Of a stretch of 64,000 nucleotides of DNA, positions 48,128 through 57,555 are shown in pieces. Under the pieces are notes generated by a model. The model searched no databases. It was not told where the DNA came from and saw only the letters and a list, made by a program, of their open reading frames with translations. The stretch is from an uncultured Candidatus Saccharibacteria bacterium. GTDB taxonomy: Bacteria; Patescibacteriota; CALEFQ01. Both the position numbers and the translations under genes were made by a program. The stretch spans positions 500,995 to 564,994 of the forward strand of contig OZ246404.1 in assembly GCA_965230955.1 (NCBI GenBank), written 5' to 3'. Each line of letters opens with the position of its first letter. Positions within the stretch are counted from its first letter, which is position 1.

Positions 48128-48152
48128 AGACCAAAGACTAAAAACTAAAGAC
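48128..48152 (+). promoter_or_regulatory. conserved 25-nt leader motif AGACCAAAGACTA-nnn-ACTAAAGAC, 5 nt upstream of GT2 start (copy B)
   Basis: cAGACCAAAGACTAaaaACTAAAGACtctttATG. 22 of 22 non-spacer positions identical to copy A, although the two downstream GT2 proteins are unrelated in sequence. Confidence 0.5.
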
Positions 48153-48157
48153 TCTTT

Positions 48158-48997
48158 ATGGATCTTTCTCTCGTCATCGTCCACTACAAAGCTCCGGATC
48201 TGCTGGAGCAATGTATAAAATCAATTACCGCCAAATATCCTGATTTGCGCGGCCATTTTGTGATTGTGGATAATTCTCCGAACCAAAAGACATCCAAGCA
48301 AATAAAAGCCACTTTCCCACACGAGCGCTATATCCCATCGCGCCAAAATGTCGGATTCGCTAAGGCGATCAACTGGGGAATATACAATTCTCAATCAAAA
48401 TATATCCTGATACTAAACCAGGACATTATCATGCGAGATGACGCCGTTCAGAAAATGTACAACTACCTGGAAGCTCACGCCGATGCCGCTTTGTGCGCGC
48501 CGAAACTGATTTATACCGACGGATCCGTCCAGCCCAGCTGCTGCCGTTTCTATACGCCGGGAGTAATTCTTTATCGCCGCACCTGGTTCGGGAAATTGCC
48601 CTTTGCCAAAAAATCAACCGCGTCTTTTACCATGGCCGATTATGACCATATGTCAACCAAAGAAGTTGATTGGGTGACCGGCGCCGCCATGATGATCAGG
48701 CGTTCCGCCATTGAAAAAGTCGGGCCGATGGACGAAAGATTTTTCTTCTACTTTGAAGATGTAGATTGGTGCCGACGTTTTTGGGAAAACGGCTGGCGGG
48801 TTATTTACCTGCCGGAGGCTCAAATGACCCACTACCACAGCCGCGAGAGCGCGGAAAAAACCGGATTTTGGTCGCTCACCAAAAAAATGACTCGCATTCA
48901 TATCAAAAGTGGTGTAAAATATTTCATGAAGTACCGCAAACATAAAACAGCCCCGCGGGAAGTTTTTAATAAAACCAAACTGAAAAACCATGCCTGA
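48158..48997 (+). CDS. GT2 family glycosyltransferase
   Basis: LSLVIVHYKAPDLL...VIVDNSPN...LNQDI. Conserved 25-nt leader motif 5 nt upstream of ATG. Confidence 0.8.
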   Translation: MDLSLVIVHYKAPDLLEQCIKSITAKYPDLRGHFVIVDNSPNQKTSKQIKATFPHERYIPSRQNVGFAKAINWGIYNSQSKYILILNQDIIMRDDAVQKMYNYLEAHADAALCAPKLIYTDGSVQPSCCRFYTPGVILYRRTWFGKLPFAKKSTASFTMADYDHMSTKEVDWVTGAAMMIRRSAIEKVGPMDERFFFYFEDVDWCRRFWENGWRVIYLPEAQMTHYHSRESAEKTGFWSLTKKMTRIHIKSGVKYFMKYRKHKTAPREVFNKTKLKNHA

Positions 48998-50936
48998 AGA
49001 AAATGAAATCAGCCTCACTTATCCTTTAGACAAAAAAAGTAAACCGAAGAAATCTCGAAAGAAAATGTGGCTCATCATCGGAGTCGCTGTTTTGATTTTT
49101 GTTATCCTAGGAGTAGTCAGCGGCTATCAGGTCAAAGCCGCCTACGGCTTGATTATGGAAGGCAAGGATCATCTCTCAGCCGTTCAAGATATGGCTATGC
49201 AACAAGACCTGAAAAAGGCCGAGGCGGAAATCCTATTGGCGGAAGAAAAATTTTCCGCCGCCCAGACCAAATTTAATACGGCTCGCTGGGCGGTGATTAT
49301 TCCTTATGTCGGCACCCAAATTTCCGCGGCCGGCACCATTCTGGATGCCGCGGTGGCACTCACGTCGGATATGTCTCGAGCGGTTTCGGCCGGGCTGGAA
49401 ATTTTAGAACCGCTGCAATCATCGGAAACAACCAGTTTTAATCAATTGACTACCGCTCAAAAGAAAGACGCGCTCGATAAGCTGAGTGCTTCCGAACCGA
49501 TGTTTGATCAAATCTCCGCCGACATGGCGAGAATCAGGAAAACCCTGGCGGACATGTCTGATTTTGGAGTCATGGAACAAATCAAATCAGCCAAAAATTT
49601 GATTATTGAGAAACTGCCGATTGCCGAAAGTTTCATAAATGAATTAACACTGGGCGCCAAAATTCTACCGAAAATCGGCGGCCATCCCCAAGAACAACAG
49701 TATTTGTTTGTTTCCCAAAACAACAATGAACTTCGCGCTTCCGGTGGTTTTATCGGAAACATCGGCACAATCAGAATTTACGAAGCCGAGATAAAAGAAT
49801 TCAATACCAAAGGTATTTATAATCTTGATGCCGAAGCACCGGTAAAGATAGAACCGCCGGATTATCTCCGCGAATACCTGAGCGCCTCGACCTGGTTTTT
49901 GCGAGATGCAAACACCTGCGTCGGCTGCGTTGATTTCGGTGTCGCGGCCAGAAAAGTCCTGGAATTTTACAAAATCGAGACCGGCAACGAAAATTTTGAC
50001 GGTGTGATTTCAATTACCCCGACCTTCCTCGAGGATTTACTGAAAATCACCGGTCCGGTCACCGTGCCGGGCTACCCGTATAAATTCGAATCGGCCAATG
50101 TCACCGAAACGATCCAGCAGCACGTCGAATACAATTACGCCCAGATGGGCATCCCGATGGCTGATCGTCAATCGATCGTCAGTGATTTGAGCAATGTTTT
50201 ACTTCAAAAAGTGATGACTTTGCCCAAGGAAAAATGGCTAGATCTTTTCAAAGTTCTTCAGCAGGCCTTCCAGGAAAAACACGCCATGATCTACGCCAAG
50301 AATCCGGCAGCCCAGGCAACCTTGCGAGAGCAAGGCTGGACCTCAGAATTACGCAATGAGTATCCGCAAGATTTCGTGACAATCGCGGACAACAACATGG
50401 CTGCCCTGAAGACCGATCGCGTTATGGATCGAGCGATAAATTATGAAGTGGATTTAACTAATCCCCAGGAACCAACGGCCAAATTACAGATCACCTATAT
50501 CAATAACGGTAAATTTACCAATCTAACTACTCGTTATCGAACCTGGGCTCAAGTTTACGTACCCGCGGGCGCCACTTTGATTTCCTATGAGGGTACTGAG
50601 ATCACCGACAAATCTACCGCCAAAGGCGAATTGCTCGAAGAAATAGACCCCAATTCCGGACGAAAAGTTTGGTCATATTTCAAGTCGATTGAACCGGGAA
50701 CCCAAGAAACGATCACCATTAATTATCGTCTGCCGAAAGATGTCTTGGATAAAAATGCATACGCCTTGCTTTTCCAAAAACAGCCCGGGACGCCACAATT
50801 CAAATTAAATATTGATGTCAAAAGCAACCGCACGCCGAAAGAAGTGTTGCCCGTCGACAACAGCCAGATAGAAACCAATAATGTCTCGTTCGATTCCGAT
50901 CTTTTAATTGATCGCGAATTCCGAGTGACTTACTAA
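48990..50936 (+). CDS. membrane-anchored extracytoplasmic protein, DUF4012-like
   Basis: Basic N-terminus, single TM (MWLIIGVAVLIFVILGV), large alanine-rich ecto-domain. Overall resemblance to the DUF4012 proteins often found beside envelope glycan loci; assigned from memory. Confidence 0.4.
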   Translation: MPEENEISLTYPLDKKSKPKKSRKKMWLIIGVAVLIFVILGVVSGYQVKAAYGLIMEGKDHLSAVQDMAMQQDLKKAEAEILLAEEKFSAAQTKFNTARWAVIIPYVGTQISAAGTILDAAVALTSDMSRAVSAGLEILEPLQSSETTSFNQLTTAQKKDALDKLSASEPMFDQISADMARIRKTLADMSDFGVMEQIKSAKNLIIEKLPIAESFINELTLGAKILPKIGGHPQEQQYLFVSQNNNELRASGGFIGNIGTIRIYEAEIKEFNTKGIYNLDAEAPVKIEPPDYLREYLSASTWFLRDANTCVGCVDFGVAARKVLEFYKIETGNENFDGVISITPTFLEDLLKITGPVTVPGYPYKFESANVTETIQQHVEYNYAQMGIPMADRQSIVSDLSNVLLQKVMTLPKEKWLDLFKVLQQAFQEKHAMIYAKNPAAQATLREQGWTSELRNEYPQDFVTIADNNMAALKTDRVMDRAINYEVDLTNPQEPTAKLQITYINNGKFTNLTTRYRTWAQVYVPAGATLISYEGTEITDKSTAKGELLEEIDPNSGRKVWSYFKSIEPGTQETITINYRLPKDVLDKNAYALLFQKQPGTPQFKLNIDVKSNRTPKEVLPVDNSQIETNNVSFDSDLLIDREFRVTY

Positions 50937-50940
50937 ATTC

Positions 50941-52161
50941 ATGCCTTCAGAACAGCCCAAGCGCCACCTGGCCGTATATTTTTTCATAATTTTCTTATTG
51001 GTTAGTTTCGGAATCGGCATCTGGACCGGTAAGGTTTTGTACTCCGGCAAAAAAGAGACTACTTACGTCGATGTTGTTAATCGCGACACTCCGGATACCA
51101 AAAGTTTGGATTTCAGCCTGTTCTGGCGAGTGTGGGACACCGTCGCCGCCAAGGCCTACAAACAGCCGGTTGATCAGGAAAAAATGTTCTACGGCGCGAT
51201 CAAAGGCCTGGTTTCATCCTTGGGTGACCCTTATTCCTCGTTCCTCGATCCCGCGGAAACCAAAGAATTCAATAAAGAACTCGCCGGGACTCTCGAGGGC
51301 ATCGGCATCGAGATCGGTATCAAGAAGCAAAAACTGACAGTCATTGCTCCAATCGAGGGAACACCGGCCGATCAAGCCGGCCTGCGCGCTGGAGATTGGA
51401 TTTTGAAAATCGGCGATGAACCGACCGTTGACATGACACTGGACACAGCCGTCCAAAAAATTCGCGGCTCCAAAGGAACATCGGTCAAGCTGACTATTTC
51501 CCGAGGCGGTACCGCCGAACCGACCGAACTGGAAATTCCGCGCGATCGGATTACGGTCAAATCGGTAAAATTTAAAATGCTGGATAATAAGATCGCCTAC
51601 ATCGAGCTCAATCAATTCGGCGATGACACTGTTCGCGAATTCGATCGGGCGATACGAGATCTGCAGGCGCAAAATGCTCGAGGATTAATTCTTGACTTGC
51701 GTAATAATCCCGGGGGATTACTGGATGATGCCATCAAAATCGGCGGAGAATTTGTCGAACAAAAAGTCATCGTGAAGGAACGCGATGCCGATGGCGCCAC
51801 TCTTGATTTAAAATCGGAAGGAACCGCCAGGCTCAAAGACCTGCCGGTGGTGGTATTGGTTAATGAGGGGAGCGCGTCCGCTTCCGAAATTTTGGCCGGC
51901 GCCCTGCGCGATCATCGCCAAGTTCCGCTAATCGGCACGAAAACTTTCGGCAAGGGGTCGGTTCAGGATCTGGAAAATTTACCTCAAGAAACAAGTTTGC
52001 GAATCACCGTGACTCACTGGCTCACCCCCAATGGCGGTGAAATAGACGAAAAGGGACTGGAGCCCGATATCAAAATCGAACTGTCCGACGACGATTACAA
52101 CAACGACCGAGATCCTCAGCTGGACAAGGCCAAAGAGATTATCGAGCAAAAGAACCCTTAA
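50941..52161 (+). CDS. ctpA: carboxy-terminal processing protease (S41 family, CtpA-like) with PDZ domain
   Basis: PDZ GLRAGDWILKIGDEP; catalytic Ser region NEGSASASEILAGAL and Lys region TFGKGSVQ. Confidence 0.85.
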   Translation: MPSEQPKRHLAVYFFIIFLLVSFGIGIWTGKVLYSGKKETTYVDVVNRDTPDTKSLDFSLFWRVWDTVAAKAYKQPVDQEKMFYGAIKGLVSSLGDPYSSFLDPAETKEFNKELAGTLEGIGIEIGIKKQKLTVIAPIEGTPADQAGLRAGDWILKIGDEPTVDMTLDTAVQKIRGSKGTSVKLTISRGGTAEPTELEIPRDRITVKSVKFKMLDNKIAYIELNQFGDDTVREFDRAIRDLQAQNARGLILDLRNNPGGLLDDAIKIGGEFVEQKVIVKERDADGATLDLKSEGTARLKDLPVVVLVNEGSASASEILAGALRDHRQVPLIGTKTFGKGSVQDLENLPQETSLRITVTHWLTPNGGEIDEKGLEPDIKIELSDDDYNNDRDPQLDKAKEIIEQKNP

Positions 52162-52164
52162 AAC

Positions 52165-52193
52165 TTGTCATTTTTTCGACTTTCGGATATACT
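52165..52193 (+). promoter_or_regulatory. sigma70-like promoter TTGTCA-17-TATACT upstream of rplI
   Basis: ttgtca 52165-52170, 17-nt spacer, tatact 52188-52193; about 58-nt leader to ATG 52251. Confidence 0.5.
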
Positions 52194-52250
52194 CAATTCA
52201 GTCGAGTTATACATTAACTACGGCGTTATTTTTAAAGTTGTATCAACCGT

Positions 52251-52709
52251 ATGAAAGTCATCTTAGCGCAAACTGTTAAACATTTAGGCTCAAAAAATAC
52301 AATAGTTGATGTCAAAGACGGATACGGACGAAATTTCTTATTGCCCAAAAAGTTGGCCGTTCTGGCCACTCCGGGCGCGATGCGCCACCAGGAAATGCTG
52401 AAAGGCAAAGAATCAAAGGCCGCTATAATGATCGGCGCCAAAGCTAAGGAATTCGCAAAAAAATTAGACGGTCACGTAATCGAAATTTCCGCCAAGGCCG
52501 GCGCCAAAGGAAAGCTTTTCGGATCGGTGACCGCCGAAAAATTAGCCACCGCCGTCAGCCAAGTGTTGGAAACGAAAATCCCGGAAAAAATGATTGAGCT
52601 CAGCGAAGAACTCAAAACTACCGGCCAGCACACCGCCAAACTCAAGCTCAATGCCGACACCGCCGTAACTCTCAGTATCTCCATCACTCCGGAACCAGAA
52701 AAGAAGTAA
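52251..52709 (+). CDS. rplI: 50S ribosomal protein L9
   Basis: MKVILAQTVKHLGSKNTIVDVKDGYGRNFLLPKKLA matches the L9 N-domain; 152 aa. Confidence 0.9.
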   Translation: MKVILAQTVKHLGSKNTIVDVKDGYGRNFLLPKKLAVLATPGAMRHQEMLKGKESKAAIMIGAKAKEFAKKLDGHVIEISAKAGAKGKLFGSVTAEKLATAVSQVLETKIPEKMIELSEELKTTGQHTAKLKLNADTAVTLSISITPEPEKK

Positions 52710-52715
52710 TCGACT

Positions 52716-52745
52716 CCCTGCACCCTCCGGTGCAGGGTTTTGTAT
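52716..52745 (+). terminator. Rho-independent terminator after rplI
   Basis: ccctgcacc / ggtgcaggg perfect 9-bp GC-rich stem, loop ctcc, then TTTTGTAT; 7 nt after the rplI stop. Confidence 0.8.
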
Positions 52746-52748
52746 AAT
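52741..52748 (+). promoter_or_regulatory. possible extended -10 element (TGTATAAT) 9 nt before pyrG ATG, suggesting a leaderless or near-leaderless pyrG transcript
   Basis: tgtataat at 52741-52748 overlaps the terminator T-tract; no convincing -35. Confidence 0.3.
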
Positions 52749-52756
52749 GCAAATAT

Positions 52757-54397
52757 ATGCCAAAGTCTAAACAAAAGTTTATTTTTATTTCCGGCGGAGT
52801 AATTTCCGGCCTGGGCAAAGGGGTGACCTCGTCAGCCATAGCCAAGATTTTGCAAAGCTATGGACTGCGCGTCACTCAAATCAAGTGCGAGATGTACGTC
52901 AATGTTGATGCGGGAACTATCCGACCGACCGAACACGGCGAAGTCTTTGTCTGCGCCGACGGCACCGAAACCGATCAAGATCTCGGAACCTACGAACGTT
53001 TCTCCGATTTAACACTGGGCAAAGACAATTTTATTACCACCGGCCAAATTTACCAGGCGGTGATTCAACGCGAGCGAAATTTGGAGTACGATGGCGAAGA
53101 CGTCGAAGTTGTGCCCCATGTCCCGTTGGAAATAATCGCTCGGATCAAAAGGGCGGGCCGCAAAGACAAAGCCGACATTGTGATCGTGGAGTTGGGCGGA
53201 ACTGTCGGCGAATATCAGCAAGTGCTGTTTTTGGAAGCGGCCAGAATGCTCAAGCTGGAAGAAAACGGCAACGTGATTAATATTCATATCGCTTACCTGC
53301 CGATTCCGGCCAGTATCGGTGAAATGAAATCGAAGCCGGCTCAATATTCCGTCAAGACTTTGTATTCCGCCGGCATCGTTCCCGATATTTTCATCGGCCG
53401 CGCCGAACGCCCGCTGGATAAACCGCGGATAAATACCTTATCGCGCAACACCGGTATTATCACCAAATCGATTTTTTCCAATCCGGACGTTAAATCAATT
53501 TACGAAGTACCGATCCTGCTAAATCAACAGCGGATAGGGGAGCGTATTCTGGAATTATTCGGCTATCCGAAAAATAAGCACCCCCGATTAAAGGATTTCG
53601 AAAAGCTTCTACGGGTGATAAAATCTCCCAAACCGGCGGTCAAGATCGCGATTGTGGGCAAGTATTTCGATACCGGTAATTTTGCCCTGGCGGATTCATA
53701 CGTTTCCGTTATTGAGGCCATCAAACACGCCTGTTGGCACTTTCAACGCGAACCAAAAATTCAGTGGATAAATTCAAAAGATTACGAAAAAGATCCCCGG
53801 CGCGTCAAAGAACTCTCGGAATTTGACGGGGTGATCATCCCCGGCGGTTTCGGAAAATCCGGGGTGGAAGGCAAGATTAAAGCAATAAAATACCTGCGCG
53901 AGAACAAAATTCCGTACCTGGGCTTGTGCTACGGCCTGCAAATGGCCGTGATTGAGTTTTCCAGAAATGTCTGCGGCTTCAAACGGGCGCATACGACCGA
54001 AGTCGACCCCAAAACCAGCTACCCGGTTATCGACATTTTGCCGGAGCAAAAAGAAAAACTGGCTCACAAGCAATATGGCGCCACCATGCGTCTCGGCGAC
54101 CACAAGGCCGTCCTCGAGCCCCAGACAATAGTGTCCCAAGCTTATGGTAAACGGGTTATAACCGAACGGCACCGCCACCGGTATGAAGTCAATCCTAAAT
54201 ACATCAAGAAACTGGAAGCGAAGGGCGCGATTTTTTCGGGCAAATCACCGGACCGTCGGTTAATGGAATTTTTCGAACTCGCCAAAAGCCAGCATCCTTT
54301 CTTTGTCAGTACCCAGGCTCATCCGGAATTTCTCTCTCGGCCCACCGTACCGCATCATCTCTTTCGAGAATTCATTAAAGCCAGCATGAAAGATTAA
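52757..54397 (+). CDS. pyrG: CTP synthase
   Basis: FISGGVISGLGKG P-loop, GATase domain with LGLCYGLQMAV catalytic Cys; 546 aa. Confidence 0.95.
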   Translation: MPKSKQKFIFISGGVISGLGKGVTSSAIAKILQSYGLRVTQIKCEMYVNVDAGTIRPTEHGEVFVCADGTETDQDLGTYERFSDLTLGKDNFITTGQIYQAVIQRERNLEYDGEDVEVVPHVPLEIIARIKRAGRKDKADIVIVELGGTVGEYQQVLFLEAARMLKLEENGNVINIHIAYLPIPASIGEMKSKPAQYSVKTLYSAGIVPDIFIGRAERPLDKPRINTLSRNTGIITKSIFSNPDVKSIYEVPILLNQQRIGERILELFGYPKNKHPRLKDFEKLLRVIKSPKPAVKIAIVGKYFDTGNFALADSYVSVIEAIKHACWHFQREPKIQWINSKDYEKDPRRVKELSEFDGVIIPGGFGKSGVEGKIKAIKYLRENKIPYLGLCYGLQMAVIEFSRNVCGFKRAHTTEVDPKTSYPVIDILPEQKEKLAHKQYGATMRLGDHKAVLEPQTIVSQAYGKRVITERHRHRYEVNPKYIKKLEAKGAIFSGKSPDRRLMEFFELAKSQHPFFVSTQAHPEFLSRPTVPHHLFREFIKASMKD

Positions 54398-54402
54398 AAA
54401 AA

Positions 54403-54431
54403 CTGCCCGCCGAGTCGGTGGGCAGTTTTAG
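54403..54431. terminator. bidirectional Rho-independent terminator between pyrG (+) and rpmA (-)
   Basis: ctgcccgcc / ggtgggcag stem (one G-U), loop gagtc, flanked by AAAAAA upstream and TTTTAG downstream. Confidence 0.75.
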
Positions 54432-54446
54432 TATTGGCCGGAATAA

Positions 54447-54725
54447 TTAAGCAGTTTTCACGCTAACAAAACGAGTCAAACGGAGCAAACCGTTGAACTT
54501 TCTCTTTTTGAGAACTTTAAATTCAATTACGCCGTCAGCCATAGCGAACAAGGTATCATCTTTCCCGCGCTTGACGTTCTTGCCGGGGTGAAATTTTGTG
54601 CCGTGTTGCCGAATGATGATATTGCCTTTTTTGACTTTTTCACCGCCAAAAAGCTTCACGCCTAAACGCTGGCCGGGACTATCTTTTAAGTTTTGGGCGG
54701 TACCGCCCGCTTTTACATGTGCCAT
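54447..54725 (-). CDS. rpmA: 50S ribosomal protein L27
   Basis: [24 protein letters not shown]; 92 aa. Confidence 0.95.
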   Translation of the reverse strand: MAHVKAGGTAQNLKDSPGQRLGVKLFGGEKVKKGNIIIRQHGTKFHPGKNVKRGKDDTLFAMADGVIEFKVLKKRKFNGLLRLTRFVSVKTA

Positions 54726-54758
54726 ATTTGTACGTTACCAACCTGGCTGATTCGCGGA

Positions 54759-56090
54759 TTATTTCCCGAAAACAGCTACCTCACGACCGACAATTTGACG
54801 CGGCCGTTCGTAGAGGAGAGTCCCTCTCGGTTCAGGTTTATAGTTAATAATCTTAGCTAATTCCTCACTAAATAAGCTGACCTGAGTATACCCAAGCTGC
54901 TTGATATTGTCAATAACGGGTAAGAAGTCCCGTTGTCCATCGGTAGAGATGTAATACGGGAGAACTGCCACCACCCGGCCACCGGGAGCCAATAACCGTC
55001 GATACTGCTCAAAAGCTTTGAGATAGAGACGACTTAATTGCCCAAAATACTTAGCCCTTAAATTGGCGTTCGGCACTCGAGAAAGCGGGGGACCCAGCGT
55101 ACCTTCGGTAATTATGGCATCGGCCGTATTGGGATGAAAATGACGTCCCAGAAAATGCACATCAACTTCCTGCATAGCCAAAATACTGGACGGGTTCAGC
55201 TTATATTTAGCTATCAGCCATACCAGATTTTTCTTGGCCAATTTTACCGAGTCCGATGACGCATCGGTACCAATCACTTTATACCCCAGTAATAATGATT
55301 CCTGTAAAATCGTCCCCAGCCCGCAAAAGGGGTCAAACACAACATTGCCGGGCTTCAACTCGGCCAAATTTATCATGATCTGAGCCAGCTTTGGCGGCAA
55401 CATACCTTTTTTTGGATCCGCCACCGGACGCCCGTAATCACGTAATCCGTAATTCTCAAAATCTTGGATAGCGATGGTTTTTCCCAGCGCCAAATAGTGG
55501 TCATCATAGATCACGTCTATTTCCGCCCCGCGCGTCAATAATCTATTCTTGGTCACCACCACCGACGACAACTGCGCCTCATTGCTAACCACCAGCCGGC
55601 TGGAAATCTCGTGTTGCCGCAAACCCTGTTTTAAATCTATACCGAAAGTGCGTAAAAATACTTGTAAATCCTTCGCGCTGTACTTGGCCAATAACGGATA
55701 GACACTGAAACCAAAATCGACTTTTTGCTTTGACTGCGCCAGATACAATTTGACGAGATTCTCAACGGTCACTTCCTCGGTAATAACCTTGCGAATCGAA
55801 GACAGGGAGGGAAAGAACTCGCCAATCAACAGAATGATCTTAATCGTCCCGCCCAGCCGGTTGAGCCATTTCTGAGGTTCCAGTAACGGTTCCGTCAACT
55901 CGATTATAAAAACACCGTTGCCAAAACGGACCGGCTTCCAGCCGGGAAATTTATTGAGGGCAACCGCCAATTCGGCCAAAGAGAGTAGAGGACGATGCCC
56001 CAAAATGAAGGCGTAGCGATACATAAAGGAGGCCTTAATTAACCTCAGTGTAGCTGATATGTCCTGATCTGTAAACCACTTGACAATCAT
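54759..56090 (-). CDS. THUMP-domain / class I SAM-dependent RNA (guanine-N2) methyltransferase-like protein
   Basis: DPFCGLGTIL motif (Trm11/RlmL-type N2-G MTase). N-terminal region consistent with a THUMP-like domain. Start uncertain: ATG 56090 or ATG 56024. Confidence 0.65.
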   Translation of the reverse strand: MIVKWFTDQDISATLRLIKASFMYRYAFILGHRPLLSLAELAVALNKFPGWKPVRFGNGVFIIELTEPLLEPQKWLNRLGGTIKIILLIGEFFPSLSSIRKVITEEVTVENLVKLYLAQSKQKVDFGFSVYPLLAKYSAKDLQVFLRTFGIDLKQGLRQHEISSRLVVSNEAQLSSVVVTKNRLLTRGAEIDVIYDDHYLALGKTIAIQDFENYGLRDYGRPVADPKKGMLPPKLAQIMINLAELKPGNVVFDPFCGLGTILQESLLLGYKVIGTDASSDSVKLAKKNLVWLIAKYKLNPSSILAMQEVDVHFLGRHFHPNTADAIITEGTLGPPLSRVPNANLRAKYFGQLSRLYLKAFEQYRRLLAPGGRVVAVLPYYISTDGQRDFLPVIDNIKQLGYTQVSLFSEELAKIINYKPEPRGTLLYERPRQIVGREVAVFGK

Positions 56091-56136
56091 CCTGAAAAAG
56101 ATATACTACATCTAGTATAACATTAAACTAATCATC

Positions 56137-56373
56137 ATGCCGCAACAACTGGAAAAATATACCAATCAAAACGAGCTGAAAATCAAAACTAAGGATATCA
56201 TCAACGATACCGCCGGGGGAAATCGTTACATTGTCTTGCGCTATTCGAAACCGGTCGCAGTGCTTTTGGGAATTGAAGAATATTGCAAATTAACCGGGCA
56301 AACACCGAAGAATTGCAATCTATGCCAAAAAGTAATCGGCCAAGCTTTGGCTAAACTAACAAAAAACAAATGA
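56137..56373 (+). CDS. Phd/YefM-family antitoxin-like protein (solitary)
   Basis: YIVLRYSKPVAVLLGIEEY fits the Phd/YefM N-domain signature (R.GKP.AV..S.EEY). No toxin ORF adjacent; ATGA overlap with iscS. Confidence 0.55.
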   Translation: MPQQLEKYTNQNELKIKTKDIINDTAGGNRYIVLRYSKPVAVLLGIEEYCKLTGQTPKNCNLCQKVIGQALAKLTKNK

Positions 56374-57545
56374 AAAAGATTTACTTAGACCATGCCGCCA
56401 CCACTCCGGTTGATTCCCGAGTTTTGGAAAAAATGCTCCCGTATTTCCAAGGCAAATTCGGTAATGCTTCGTCGGTTCACAGCTTCGGGCAAGAAGCGGC
56501 TCAGGCAGTGGAAAAGGCACGGGAACAGGCCGCCGACTTTCTGGGCGCAAAAAACACCGAGATAATTTTCACCAGCGGTGCGACTGAAGGCAATAACACC
56601 ATTATCAAAACCGTCGCTCGGCAATTGAGACAGCAAAAAGGACTCGATCATTTAATCACTTCCTCCATCGAGCATCACTGTGTTTTGGAAAGCATGCAGG
56701 CGCTGGAAAAAGAAGGTTTTAAGGTCACCTACTTACCGGTAGACAATTCGGGGATTATCGATCCGGAAATTTTCCGACAAGCCCTAACCCCAAAAACCTC
56801 TTTGGCCTCCATAATGTATGCCAATAACGAAGTTGGGACTATCCAACCAATCAAGGAATTGGCCGCCCTGGCCAAGAAAAACCAGGTTCTATTCCACACC
56901 GACGCCGTGCAAGCCGTAAACTATCTGGACTGCCGGGTTGATTACCTGGGAGTGGATTATTTGACGCTATCCGCCCACAAATTTTACGGACCCAAAGGTG
57001 TCGGACTGATTTACCGCCGTACCGGAGCACCGCTGTCGCCATATATCCACGGTGGGGCTCAGGAAAATCATCTGCGCGCCGGAACGTTAAATGTTCCCGG
57101 AATCGTAGGACTGGGCGAAGCGATCGCTCTGACCAAAAACGAACAGTCAGCGCGTACCAAGCATGCCCAAAACTTGCGCGACAAATTAATTACCGATTTA
57201 GAAAAATCCATTCCGGACATAATAATCAATGGCGATCGCCAAAATCGCTTGCCTAATAACGTTAATGTTACGATCAAATACGTGGAAGGCGAGAGCTTAT
57301 TGCTAAGCCTGGATATGCAAGGCCTGGCGGTATCAACCGGATCCGCCTGCTCTTCCGGCTCGCTCGAGCCATCTCATGTTATTCTGGCTCTGGGCGTTCC
57401 CAAGGAATTCAGCCATGGTAGTTTACGGTTTACTTTTGGAAAGGATAATAGCGCCGACGATGTTCTGGCCGTTTTGAAAATTTTGCCGCCCATAGTAACT
57501 CGGCTGAGAAAAATGTCACCAATCGCTCCTTCGAAATATCATTAA
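56370..57545 (+). CDS. iscS: cysteine desulfurase (NifS/IscS)
   Basis: PLP-lysine SAHKFYGPKGVG, active-site loop STGSACSSGS; 391 aa. Confidence 0.9.
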   Translation: MKKIYLDHAATTPVDSRVLEKMLPYFQGKFGNASSVHSFGQEAAQAVEKAREQAADFLGAKNTEIIFTSGATEGNNTIIKTVARQLRQQKGLDHLITSSIEHHCVLESMQALEKEGFKVTYLPVDNSGIIDPEIFRQALTPKTSLASIMYANNEVGTIQPIKELAALAKKNQVLFHTDAVQAVNYLDCRVDYLGVDYLTLSAHKFYGPKGVGLIYRRTGAPLSPYIHGGAQENHLRAGTLNVPGIVGLGEAIALTKNEQSARTKHAQNLRDKLITDLEKSIPDIIINGDRQNRLPNNVNVTIKYVEGESLLLSLDMQGLAVSTGSACSSGSLEPSHVILALGVPKEFSHGSLRFTFGKDNSADDVLAVLKILPPIVTRLRKMSPIAPSKYH

Positions 57546-57555
57546 ATTCAAAAAA

